Positions 1 to 8,960 of a stretch of 9,108 nucleotides of DNA are shown in pieces. The translations under genes were made by a program, and so were the position numbers. Numbering within the stretch: position 1 is the first letter of the stretch; every line of letters starts with the position of its first letter. This DNA comes from Paraspadella gotoi. Taxonomy: Eukaryota; Animalia; Chaetognatha. The notes beneath the pieces were generated by a model. It ran no database searches. It was not told where the DNA came from and worked only from the letters and a program-made list of their open reading frames with translations. The DNA is taken from the NCBI GenBank assembly GCA_051294375.1, contig JBJCIZ010000693.1:1-9108 (forward strand), written 5' to 3'.

Positions 1-569
1 AGGTAGTGAGTCCAAGATTGGCGAGGTAGGGTGGGTGGGAGGTGGCGGGGTAGTGAGGTAAGAAGGGACAGGTAAGAGTGTAAGATTCGCCTTCAGGTTG
101 TTGGATTGTTGAGGCATTTATGCTCGTTGAAGGAAAGATGCCATGTTGGAAAACAAATTAAGGGAGGAAGAGGAGACTGAGTGCCGTTGCCAACCGTGCG
201 GCGGCGTCACGACGCATGTGATCGGCCAGGGAATAAGAGAGAAAATGAAGATATAACACCCGTTTTATACCGTCAAACTACTGTTCGCAAGGGCATCAGA
301 GGACAGTATTAAATCATGATCGAATAAGTTTAGTCGGGCTCCTGCCCGTTACTCCCGCTTAACAGAAATGTGGCGACATTCTCCTTGTTCTCACATCATA
401 TCACACCATATCACGATCTTGTGTGATCAGATATCATCTATAGAAACATTCGTTTTTACCCAGAGAACCTGGCTCTTATGCATGAAGGGGGGGGGTTATA
501 ATATTCAAAGAATTTTCAGATTGTATGTTTGTCTAGTTATTTTTCAGACAATGATCCCCTCAAGGATGT

Positions 570-630
570 GGGGGGAGGGGGGGGGGCGGGGGTGTGGGGG
601 GGGGCTGGGGGGGGGGGAGGGGGTGGGGGG
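570..630 (+). repeat. Interrupted poly-G tract
   Basis: About 60 bp of almost pure G with single-base interruptions; read directly. Confidence 0.95.
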
Positions 631-698
631 TATCAAATGATACTAACTGACTGAGCTGAGTAGATCCTGTTGTCAGCGTCGTGTGCCTCGAAACCGCA

Positions 699-808
699 GG
701 GGGGGGGTGGGAGAGGGGGGGGGGGTGGGGGGGGGGGGGGGGTGGGAGGGGGGGGAGGGGGAGGGTGTGGGGGGCTGGGGACGGGGCGGGGGGGGGGTGG
801 GGTGGGGG
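699..808 (+). repeat. Interrupted poly-G tract
   Basis: About 110 bp of G-runs. It is the source of the poly-Gly/poly-Pro ORFs at 633-872. Confidence 0.95.
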
Positions 809-1146
809 CGTCGTCAGGAGAGCGGGCGGGGTGGTCTCGTTTGATCAAGGAGTTTTGAGTGGCACCTTTTGAGTGTGAGGGTCACGGACAGCTAGTCTGC
901 GTTGAATCAGAGTGGAATCGTGAGTGGGGGTGGAGAATGTGAACGAATAAGACTAAGGTTGAGCATCGGGATAAGGCCCGTTGATTCGAGGTCTTACAAG
1001 GGCGTTTTCACTAACGGCAGTAAAAAGCTGAGGCCCGCGGGGCTGCGGGTCGGTGGCGTTCTTGCGGGCGGGTGTGGCGGGGCACATTGACTATGCGGTT
1101 CTACCTTCATTAATAGTTGCAATGGCTTTTAACAGTTGCGATGGTC

Positions 1147-1177
1147 TTGAAATGTTGAAAGTTGAAAGCTTGAAAAG
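1147..1177 (+). repeat. Short imperfect tandem repeat, ~4 x TTGAAA(G)
   Basis: TTGAAAT G TTGAAAG TTGAAAG C TTGAAAAG read directly. Confidence 0.7.
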
Positions 1178-1279
1178 TCGGAGGAAAGGAGTATCTTGTG
1201 AATACTAAGTCTATCTGGACGACAGTCAGTTCGATTTCTCATCTCTTGTGTTTTGGATTTCATGCTCAGGTGGATGGAA

Positions 1280-1374
1280 GGGGTGAGGGGGGGGGGGGAG
1301 GTGCGAAGAGAGAGATGAGGAGAGACTAGGAGAGGAGAGCTGAGAAGAGAAAGAGAGATAGAAAAGAGAGAGAA
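1280..1374 (+). repeat. G-run followed by a degenerate (GA)n microsatellite
   Basis: G-run at 1280-1301, then an interrupted GAGAGA purine tract to ~1374. Confidence 0.85.
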
Positions 1375-1547
1375 CATCAGGAACCAAAAACGTGTATATC
1401 AAGACGCGAAATTTTCGATGGCAGTCAACGATGTATGGTTGCGTCACTTGCGGTTCAGTAGATTATTACGTATAATGCGCGCGCTCCCGCCGGCGTACTC
1501 TCAGCGCGACCGAAACATGTCACGCCACTCAGTACTCGCCATCTAGA

Positions 1548-1566
1548 GGGGGGAGGGGGGGGTGGG
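1548..1566 (+). repeat. Short G-run
   Basis: GGGGGGAGGGGGGGGTGGG read directly. Confidence 0.85.
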
Positions 1567-2346
1567 CGTGCGGCTGCAATGTCCCACTGCTCGTAAGAAA
1601 ACTGATCATTCCAACCCTTTCTGTGTCAGCTCTATTAGATTATTATGAGTTTTATTATTACAGATGCTATTTCTACAGAATTGATTTGTGTGATTATCTT
1701 TGGTAAACTTGAGCGACAGTTTATTTTGTAGTTCTTTTTTTCTTGTGCTCTGATTTCAGACAGACGAGAGCACTGACCTGCCCCTCCCAAAATATGCATT
1801 ATTAGATGGGTGTATGGGTTTATACAAAAGAATTATTTTGAAGAATACAATATATTTAAAAATATAGATTAATAGTAAAACCTCTTCATAAGAATAGTAA
1901 TAAATATATAATGAAAACAAGTAATTTTGGAGAGTGCTGAAGATCACGGGAGTGATCATTGATTTTATCTGGATTGGTACGATAAGTTATCTGCTTGACG
2001 GAGGTCTTAATTTTGATAAAGCATAACATCGATGATAAATTTCCACGGTTGGTGAGTTAGATGGCAGATGATAAATTCTCTAGTAGTTTATCATTCTCGA
2101 CGTCATTTCGCATGAAGCTCCTTTTCGAGATATTTTATACTTATTGTTTCAGGAGCCAAAACATCTCTACCTAGTTTCGATGAGAGCGACAATAAGAACA
2201 CCGCAACGAGTTTGACGGATGTCACCTTCTTCACTTTTCCAAGGGATTTAATTTTAGAAGAACGGAAATAAACTTTCAATACAAAAATAGTTATCGGAAT
2301 CTCCGCATATTTTTCTTGATGAACATCCCTTCGTTAATTCAAGCCA

Positions 2347-2435
2347 TCTCTCTCTCTCTCTTCTCTCTCATCTCTCTCTCTCGATACTCTCTCTCTACTC
2401 TCTCTCTCTTCTCTCCCCTTCCCCTTCCTTCTCTC
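2347..2435 (+). repeat. Imperfect (CT)n microsatellite
   Basis: Interrupted TC dinucleotide tract. Confidence 0.9.
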
Positions 2436-2541
2436 GTCGCGTGTCCGCGGTCGCCCTCTGCTCTCCTCTGCGGTGGTGTTAAGAGTACAGGGCGGCTGTA
2501 AGCTCGCAGCTGTTTGTTTCATGGGAGTCTCTGCTTCCCGA

Positions 2542-2680
2542 TCTCTCTGTCTCTTCTCCCCTCTCTCTCTCTCCCTCTCCCTCTTCTCCTTAACTCCCCT
2601 CCCTCCCTCCCTCTCCCCGTCTCCCGCCCTCCTCTTCTCTCTCCCTCCCTCTTCTCTTCCCTCTCTCTCTTTCTCCCTCT
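2542..2680 (+). repeat. Imperfect (CT)n/(CCCT)n polypyrimidine tract
   Basis: Nearly all C/T over ~140 bp. Confidence 0.9.
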
Positions 2681-2810
2681 ATTCATCCTTTCCCAAAAAA
2701 CCTGCAGACTTCGCTCTAATGGAATTTCTATTTCTGCGTTTGAAAAAGTTTTCGAGGCGTCTTCAGTCGGTTGGATTGGAGGACTGGGCGACGATGAAAG
2801 AATGAGTTAG

Positions 2811-2841
<31 letters not shown>

Positions 2842-2880
2842 CTACTTCGTCTCTCACTCTCTCTCTCTCTCTCTTCTCCT
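2811..2880 (+). repeat. Imperfect (CT)n microsatellite
   Basis: Interrupted TC dinucleotide tract. Confidence 0.9.
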
Positions 2881-3082
2881 TTTCATTTTATCGTTTTTCC
2901 TCTTCTTTGATATCTTTCTTTCGACTCTCTTCACACTGTAATCTGTAATTTCTCTCCTTGAGTCTCGTTACCAGAATCAATGCCAACATTCACACTTTTT
3001 CTTATCTTCCATCAGCATTTCACTAAGAGCAGAAATGTCACTAAGAGAAGAAACGTCTTTCTTCTGAAATCTCATTTTCTCG

Positions 3083-3204
<122 letters not shown>

Positions 3205-3689
3205 CCCCTCTCTCAATCTTTTACTCGTGGATGGCCGATCGGGTTCAATTTCTCTCTGCCCCTTTATCGACTTTGGTTGCTCTTCTTTTTTACTTCTTCT
3301 TTTTCTCACATCGTCTTTCCCTTTTTTTTCCGAGTTAGTTCCTTGGTTCGCCGAAAGGGGCGTCACGGTGAATCCGAGGAGCAGACGTGACTCGTTTAAT
3401 ATCGAAGATATGAAGATTAAAAAGTAACGTTTTCCTACTCATCATTTTTATTCACGTGAAATTCTTTCCCCATAATTTTTCAGCCATAAACCGATGGACA
3501 AAATGACGTCACTCTCGAATGTAACATATTAACGATTCAAGCCAAATCATTTTTCAATAAATAGTAAGTCACCAAATATTTACTAAATTAGTAAAAATTT
3601 AAAATAATATATATATACCACAGTGACGTTATTTACGGTTTCTGTCTATTTTAGTATTATCTTAATTTTATATTTGTAGGTATTTAAAA

Positions 3690-3972
3690 ATGCAACTTAA
3701 CATTTTCAATCATCTTTCCCAGTAAATGTAAACCTCGGGTTCTAAAGCTATAACCTTTTTCAGAAGGTTATGGCGGGAAAATTGAAAAGATTACGGGACC
3801 CTCAAGGCGGTACGGGTTGTCGGGTACTGTAAAAAAAAATTGGGGTTTAAAAAAAGCTAAAAAAAGATAAAAAAAGATAAAAAAAAAAGCTCTGACAAAA
3901 ACACGAGATGTGGAGAATATCAAAAGCGAACGAAAAAAAAAATCAAAGTATAAAAGGAGGAAATCAATTTAA
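3690..3972 (+). repeat. Start of the next degenerate unit copy, truncated by a gap
   Basis: 3729-3815 TAAACCTC..TCT..AAAGCT..AAC..TTCA..GCGG..TAC..CAAGGC is colinear with 8272-8340 TAAAACCTC..TCT..AAAGCT..AAC..TTCAAGCGG..TAC..CAAGGC. Confidence 0.5.
3849..3891 (+). repeat. 10-bp tandem repeat, ~4 x AAAAAAAG(C/A)T
   Basis: AAAAAAAGCT AAAAAAAGAT AAAAAAAGAT AAAAAAAAAAGCT read directly. Confidence 0.8.
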
Positions 3973-4277
3973 NNNNNNNNNNNNNNNNNNNNNNNNNNNN
4001 NNNNNNNNNNNNNNNNNNNNNNNNNNNNNNNNNNNNNNNNNNNNNNNNNNNNNNNNNNNNNNNNNNNNNNNNNNNNNNNNNNNNNNNNNNNNNNNNNNNN
4101 NNNNNNNNNNNNNNNNNNNNNNNNNNNNNNNNNNNNNNNNNNNNNNNNNNNNNNNNNNNNNNNNNNNNNNNNNNNNNNNNNNNNNNNNNNNNNNNNNNNN
4201 NNNNNNNNNNNNNNNNNNNNNNNNNNNNNNNNNNNNNNNNNNNNNNNNNNNNNNNNNNNNNNNNNNNNNNNNNNNNN
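3973..4277. other. Assembly gap (305 N)
   Basis: Run of N. Confidence 0.99.
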
Positions 4278-4582
4278 AAGATTTAAAAAAGGAAGAAAAA
4301 CGGAAAAGAAAAAAGTATTTAAAACCAACAAAAAGAGAAAGAAACATAAAACGAAAAAACTGTGAGAACGATAACAATATCACAGATGATAGACGTATGG
4401 CGAAGAGATCGAAACACGTATCAGTTTGCGCTATGTTTTTGTCATATAAACATAACATAATCAAGATGACTCATGTTTCTCGCACACGTTATAACCACAG
4501 TCATACACATATATCACCAGATTATAAATGACTGATCACTCGACTGAAAAAGACAACGCAATATCTAACAGATTAATCAGAC

Positions 4583-4675
4583 GATGATGATGAACGATAA
4601 CAATAGAGAAAGATAACAATACTCCACTGATGATACAAGACAATGACAACATAAGATAACAATATTACACCATGA
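4583..4675 (+). repeat. Degenerate compound trinucleotide repeat (GAT/AAC/AAT)
   Basis: GATGATGATG, then exact GATAACAATA at 4596, 4612 and 4655 (also at 4370). Confidence 0.7.
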
Positions 4676-4722
4676 CATGGAATACATGCATGAAAAGAGT
4701 TCAACAGAGCGGTTCGGACAGG

Positions 4723-4786
4723 CTCTGAACTTCAGACTCAGCACTCTGATTCTCGAGATTCTCTCACTGACTCGAACTAATCTCGA
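4723..4786 (+). repeat. Degenerate short-period (ACTCTG/GACTC-like) simple repeat
   Basis: CTCTGAACTTCAGACTCAGCACTCTGATTCTCGAGATTCTCTCACTGACTCG... shows recurring CTC(T)GA; very noisy. Confidence 0.4.
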
Positions 4787-5267
4787 TGCAAAGCTTACGT
4801 CAAGTATCAACTGAGCGATATCGATCATCTCTCTCTCATCTGCACTCATTTGAACTCTCCCAATCGCTCATCAGGATGCGATTATTTCCCGACCAGAGTC
4901 TAGACAAAACCTAATGACCAAGAGAGCGATATACGTATATCTCCCAGACCGATAGAGTCCACTGATCAAGAATGATATCACCAGATGATTGACGATGAGA
5001 GCACAGTGAAAGAAAGGAGATAAGTACCGGGCAGTATCCGTAGAGATGAATAACGAGTATAAGATGCATGCGTCGACCAAGAAATCCAGCAAGCAACTGA
5101 ACGAAATATCACAGCACTATGATAGACCGGAACCGGAACGAAGAACGTCGCCACAAGCCCCGAAAATTTCGCATGCCAGAGCCGGAGATGTGCGTTGCGG
5201 TCTCATCATGCAGACGTTACGAGGAAGTATTCTACAATACGTTAGACAGGTGAAGAGAGTTGAGTGT

Positions 5268-5372
5268 CAGATTTTGAGCGAGGGGACCCGCAAGATTTGA
5301 GGGACGAGGATCACGAGGATTATGATGAGCCACCGAGAAGATTCCGAATGAGCCCGCCAAGATTGTGAGCGC
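5268..5372 (+). repeat. Degenerate minisatellite, ~5 copies of ~22-23 bp with core C(A)AGATT..TGAGC
   Basis: Copies begin at 5268 (CAGATTTTGAGC), 5291 (CAAGATTTGAGG), 5314 (CGAGGATTATGATGAGC), ~5334 (CGAGAAGATTCCGAATGAGC) and 5358 (CAAGATTGTGAGC). Confidence 0.6.
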
Positions 5373-5959
5373 GTACTGACTATTAACGACGAGCGATGAG
5401 CTAAAAACATTTCCCGAGTTAACCCCTGTTATTTCAAACTCGTCACGTATCCAAATCTTTCCCCATTAGATCCTTCGCTGTTTACATCCATACTTGAACC
5501 TCCTTGACATCTTTCTTCTGTTTCTTTTCCTCCCGCCAAACTCCAACCTATTTCCGATCTGGTTTCTCATCTCATACTGCTCCTCTGCCCGCTTTTTTCT
5601 TCTTCTTTTATCTTTTTTGAAGAAATCATCCAAGGACGCTAGCTCTCCGCCTTTATCATCCCTCATATATCGAAAAGAACAGGATGCGATTCGGAACAGA
5701 GATTTAAAGCGCAAACTTTTAATCATTCACAGCTAGAGAAAATCTCGATGAGTAATGAAAAAAGTTTTAGACCATATATATAGAGAATTACTTGAGAGTA
5801 ACTAATCGAAGCATTCGTTGACTAAGTGATTTTTCCCAGGCTATTCAAAAAGTGACTTTTCTCCTTTCTCTCTGTCTCCTTTTAATAAAGATTTTAATAA
5901 CTCTCCCCATAATCTAACATCTCCCTGTTGCTGTTCTGAGTTTCTCAACAAGCGTCCGC

Positions 5960-6098
5960 CCTTTCTCTCTCCATGCCTCTCTCCGCTCTCTCTCGTCAGT
6001 CATCCGCTTCTCCTCCTTCCTCGTCTTCTTCCCCTCGATCGTCTTCTCTCTTGCTCTGTCCGTCTCTTCTCTCCATCTGTCTCTGGTCCTCTCTCTCT
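5960..6098 (+). repeat. Degenerate (CT)n-rich polypyrimidine tract
   Basis: Strong C/T bias with CTCTCT remnants. Confidence 0.75.
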
Positions 6099-6237
6099 CG
6101 GCGGTCCAACTGACCGTGACAAAATTGACAATACATCCATTGACCAGTTCCACCTCTTTAAACCCGCCTTCTACACATTTTTCTCTTATGCTACCGCTAC
6201 CGCCCCCGATCACATTGTTTCCCTTTCACCGCGCCTC

Positions 6238-6247
6238 ATGACGTCAT
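6238..6247. promoter_or_regulatory. CRE/ATF-type palindrome ATGACGTCAT (function unproven)
   Basis: Exact TGACGTCA at 6239-6246 and at the homologous position 3504-3511; this is the consensus CREB/ATF site. Motif match only. Confidence 0.2.
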
Positions 6248-6309
6248 TGAAAAAATATAACGAGTCATACTGTCGAAAATAATAATATATTAACTCAACC
6301 TTGTGAGAC

Positions 6310-8161
6310 TATGTAAATTTCGAAAAAAAATAAATTTAAGATAAAATATATTTGAGAGGAGAGCCGTCGTTTAAAACCTCGCGCACGAGCTCTGCATTCC
6401 GAGCACACACTAAAAAGTTCTCACAAACCAGTTTCCAACCAGCGGGATACTACGACCAATGAGTGTATACACGTCCGGGAGGAGCAATAAAATATTCAAC
6501 AGAAAGAAAACGGAAAAAAGAAAACGCGTGGGAAATGGCCTGTCGGATACTGAAAAACAGTTTGGTATGGCTTTAATTTTATTATTTTCCCGAAAGGAAA
6601 CATGCCAATTGTTGAAAGTCCTTCAAATTTAAAACCAAAGGGGGGGAAAAAAAATAACCGCTTCATGGTTTGGAACGAAAAGACACAAACCGTGTAAGAC
6701 TTTCACGAAACGCACAAAAGATGAAAATGAAAGTGTTATTTCACAAAACATTTCTGGCTTAATTTAATATCAACTAGTTCGTTCCGAGACATTGGATCAA
6801 ACAAAGGGAAGGAAAATTTAAGTCTTGATGTCAGGAATTTCGAAGGTTCAAAATCCTAGTCTATATTTTTGACTCTATCTTTATTATAACAATGCCTCGG
6901 ATTCACTACATGTTAAAAAGGCGCAAACGACCTAAATTTCCATAGTCAGCATAGAGACGACGCAGACGAGTCCCTCCTCGCAAACTACACACACGATCCA
7001 AACGAGTAAATCGAAGAGCGACATTGCCACCACACACCCACGACGGCACCGAGCGGGCTAATTTACGTCTCAGTTTCCAGCCTGAAACGGTTTTTCTTCA
7101 TTTTCTCTTTCCCTGCCCGCGTCGCTCCTCACTAGCCCAATACCCCGTTTTCCAACACTCGCTCTCGCTCCAGCTTCATCATCCTCGTCCATCAATTCTA
7201 GCGCTCTGCGGCGTCTCTCTCCGTCGGGAGAGTGGAGGCGGCCAGGCCGGGCGCGGGTGACATCGGCCGCCTCGTAAAACATTCTTCAAAGTCTGTAATC
7301 GGACGGTGGGCAGTGGCGGGAGCGGCGAGCGGGCGGCGATTTTTCTGAGTTAGTCACAGAGCCGGAAGGCAAGCTCTTATAAATGGTTCGTGTCTCGTCT
7401 GCGGCAGGCGGGGAGGGCCAGAGGAGAAAACGGAAGGTCCTCTCGGTGCTTCCTCTATTCTTTTTGAAACGTTTATAAGGACGCCGCATTGTTTTTCCTT
7501 TAAACGAGAAAAGGATTTGTCCAAGCCGCAGTTTAGTGAGAGAGGTGAGAAGCGAAAAGCAGAGAGGAGAGAGTGGATACGACACAGACGACAGACGAAG
7601 GAGAGAGACGACGGGGAAGGGAGGGAGAAGAAGGGGAGAGAGCAGGATCGTTTTAAGAGAATTTAAGTGACCGTAAGAAAGAAGAAAGCTTCGGATTGCG
7701 CGGCCTGATATTGACGATTTGGGGAAACCAAAGTTTAAAGAAAGGGAAAATACCAGGAAGACCGGTTTAAGGTATTAAGGCCAAGCCTATAATAATAAAT
7801 TCACATGGATTTACCTAATTAGCGGGTTGGGTTAATAACTAACAAGTCAAAGTTTCACTTTTTTCGGGTCCCCCTGTCATCTCTGCCAACATTTTGGAAA
7901 ATTAAAAGCCGTCATTGTCGTTCCCCCGAAATGGACCCTTTTTCCGAAATTTGAGAGTCAAGTTGTCAACAGTGGTCTCCCCGATTCGTGCGTCGTAGCT
8001 CTGGTGGTGGGACTCCGATTGGTCAGGACACGAGTAGCATCGCTTTCCCTTGAGCTTCGGCTAAAGGGGTTAAGGATCAGGGTGAGAGAACCGACGGCCC
8101 AATTTTTCCCGATCGTCTCTCCGTATGGTCGTGCAATCCGGGAGATCGCCGACGTCGAGAG
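6310..8161 (+). repeat. Insertion-rich direct copy of the ~1.9 kb unit; 6310-7483 duplicates 8230-9108
   Basis: Colinear exact matches: TTAAAACCTC 6371/8271; AAATTTAAGTCTTGATGTCAGGA 6814-6836 = 8541-8563; AGTGGAGGCGGCCA 7231-7244 = 8965-8978; CGGCGATTTTTCTGAGTTAGTCA 7334-7356 = 9020-9042. Confidence 0.9.
7555..7642 (+). repeat. Degenerate (GA)-rich purine tract
   Basis: Strong G/A bias with GAGAGA and GGGA remnants. Confidence 0.7.
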
Positions 8162-8186
8162 NNNNNNNNNNNNNNNNNNNNNNNNN
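8162..8186. other. Assembly gap (exactly 25 N)
   Basis: Run of 25 N. Confidence 0.99.
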
Positions 8187-8675
8187 TATATTTTTATAAT
8201 TTTTGTATTTTATTTTATTTTTATAATTTTTATAATTTCAAAATTTTAAAATAAAAATATTTGGACCTCGTTAAAACCTCCGACTCTTCCGAATATAAAA
8301 AGCTTAAAACAGTTCAAGCGGATCTACCGTACAAGGCCGATTCACGCATAATTCCGACGGTGATGGCCGTTCCTAGGAACATCCATTTTTGGAAGTCTTT
8401 CAAATTTAAACCAAGGGGGGAAAAAAATTACCCTTCATGTTTGGACGAAGACACAAACTTTTAAATTTAAACAAAAGAGAAAAGAAAAGTTTTTCCAACT
8501 TTTATCTTTTATTCACAGTCGATCGACTTCAAAGGGAAGGAAATTTAAGTCTTGATGTCAGGATTCGAATGTTCAAAATTAACTATATTTTTGACTTCTT
8601 TATAACATGTTCGCTTAATACTGTTAAGAAAGCCCAACGACTAAATTTCCATGTCGACACGAATCCACTCCAACT

Positions 8676-8921
8676 NNNNNNNNNNNNNNNNNNNNNNNNN
8701 NNNNNNNNNNNNNNNNNNNNNNNNNNNNNNNNNNNNNNNNNNNNNNNNNNNNNNNNNNNNNNNNNNNNNNNNNNNNNNNNNNNNNNNNNNNNNNNNNNNN
8801 NNNNNNNNNNNNNNNNNNNNNNNNNNNNNNNNNNNNNNNNNNNNNNNNNNNNNNNNNNNNNNNNNNNNNNNNNNNNNNNNNNNNNNNNNNNNNNNNNNNN
8901 NNNNNNNNNNNNNNNNNNNNN
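8676..8921. other. Assembly gap (246 N) abutting a (TC)n tract
   Basis: Run of N ending directly in (TC)n. Confidence 0.99.

Positions 8922-8955
<34 letters not shown>
8922..8955 (+). repeat. Perfect (TC)17 microsatellite, truncated by the gap
   Basis: 34 bp of uninterrupted TC. Confidence 0.97.

Positions 8956-8960
<5 letters not shown>

Larger units (their letters stand above)
300..1750 (-). repeat. Inverted, highly degenerate copy of the ~1.9 kb unit (left arm of a fold-back)
   Basis: Its reverse complement aligns in mirror order with the sequence right of ~1770. rc(1633-1660) TAATAATAAAACTCATAATAATCTAATA ~ 1870-1902 TAATAGTAAAACCTCTTCATAAGAATAGTAATA. rc(1441-1456) GAACCGCAAGTGACGC ~ 2196-2217. 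rc(1397-1419) ~ 2293-2320. rc(~833-884) ~ 2923-2973. G/GA-rich tracts here mirror C/CT-rich tracts at 2347-3214. The left boundary is uncertain. Confidence 0.6.
4870..6310 (+). repeat. Probable further very degenerate direct copy of the unit
   Basis: 4953-5090 loosely aligns with 1931-2045. CGATGAGAGC occurs at ~4993 and ~2178. CGAAAATTTCGC 5161-5172 is the exact rc of 1406-1417. TCCCCATAAT occurs at 5904 and 3467. 6238-6300 ~ 3503-3543. Confidence 0.4.

Noticed and set aside
368-872. Gly-rich / Pro-rich ORFs (368-640, 633-848, 670-858, 681-872)
   Set aside because: They are translations of poly-G tracts, which are open in several frames; no domain-like sequence.
2031-2094. GATGATAAATT direct repeat (2031, 2067) with an inverted TTTATCAT at 2087
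   Set aside because: Short AT-rich matches in noisy sequence; may be consensus stutter, with no supporting context.
3652-3660. TAGTATTAT, close to the CRESS-DNA virus nonanucleotide TAGTATTAC, given the ~1.9 kb unit size
   Set aside because: One mismatch at the conserved last base, no flanking stem-loop, and no Rep-like ORF anywhere in the window.
3750-3771. 8-bp-stem hairpin ATAACCTT/AAGGTTAT (terminator-like)
   Set aside because: Short and AT-rich, with no U-tract and no upstream gene, and not preserved in the clean copy at ~8300-8320.
3908-4531. Long ORFs of 120-207 aa
   Set aside because: Their length comes from reading through the 305-N gap; the flanks are A-rich low complexity.
5268-5372. 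CRISPR array
   Set aside because: The repeat cores are too short and variable, there are no 25-45 bp spacers and no cas genes, and the context is eukaryotic.
5919-5940. Possible SMRTbell adapter remnants (TCTCCCTGTTGCTGTTCTGAG here; similar at ~2461-2485 and 1361-1373)
   Set aside because: The similarity is weak and confounded by CT/GA microsatellites, and no adapter-like sequence is recognisable at the fold-back centre (~1759).
7990-8010. tRNA A-box-like GTAGCTCTGGTGGT
   Set aside because: No convincing B-box (GTTCRANNC) or cloverleaf downstream.
8039-8085. Faint resemblance to the U2 snRNA 5' end (ATCGCTT..GGCTAA..GATCA..GTG), plus GTTTAATATC at ~3394
   Set aside because: The homologous copies (3340-3378, rc of ~552-566) share an AGGGG block that U2 lacks, and the GTAGTA branch-pairing motif and 3' stems are missing. 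It looks like chance, though cmscan of the consensus would settle it.
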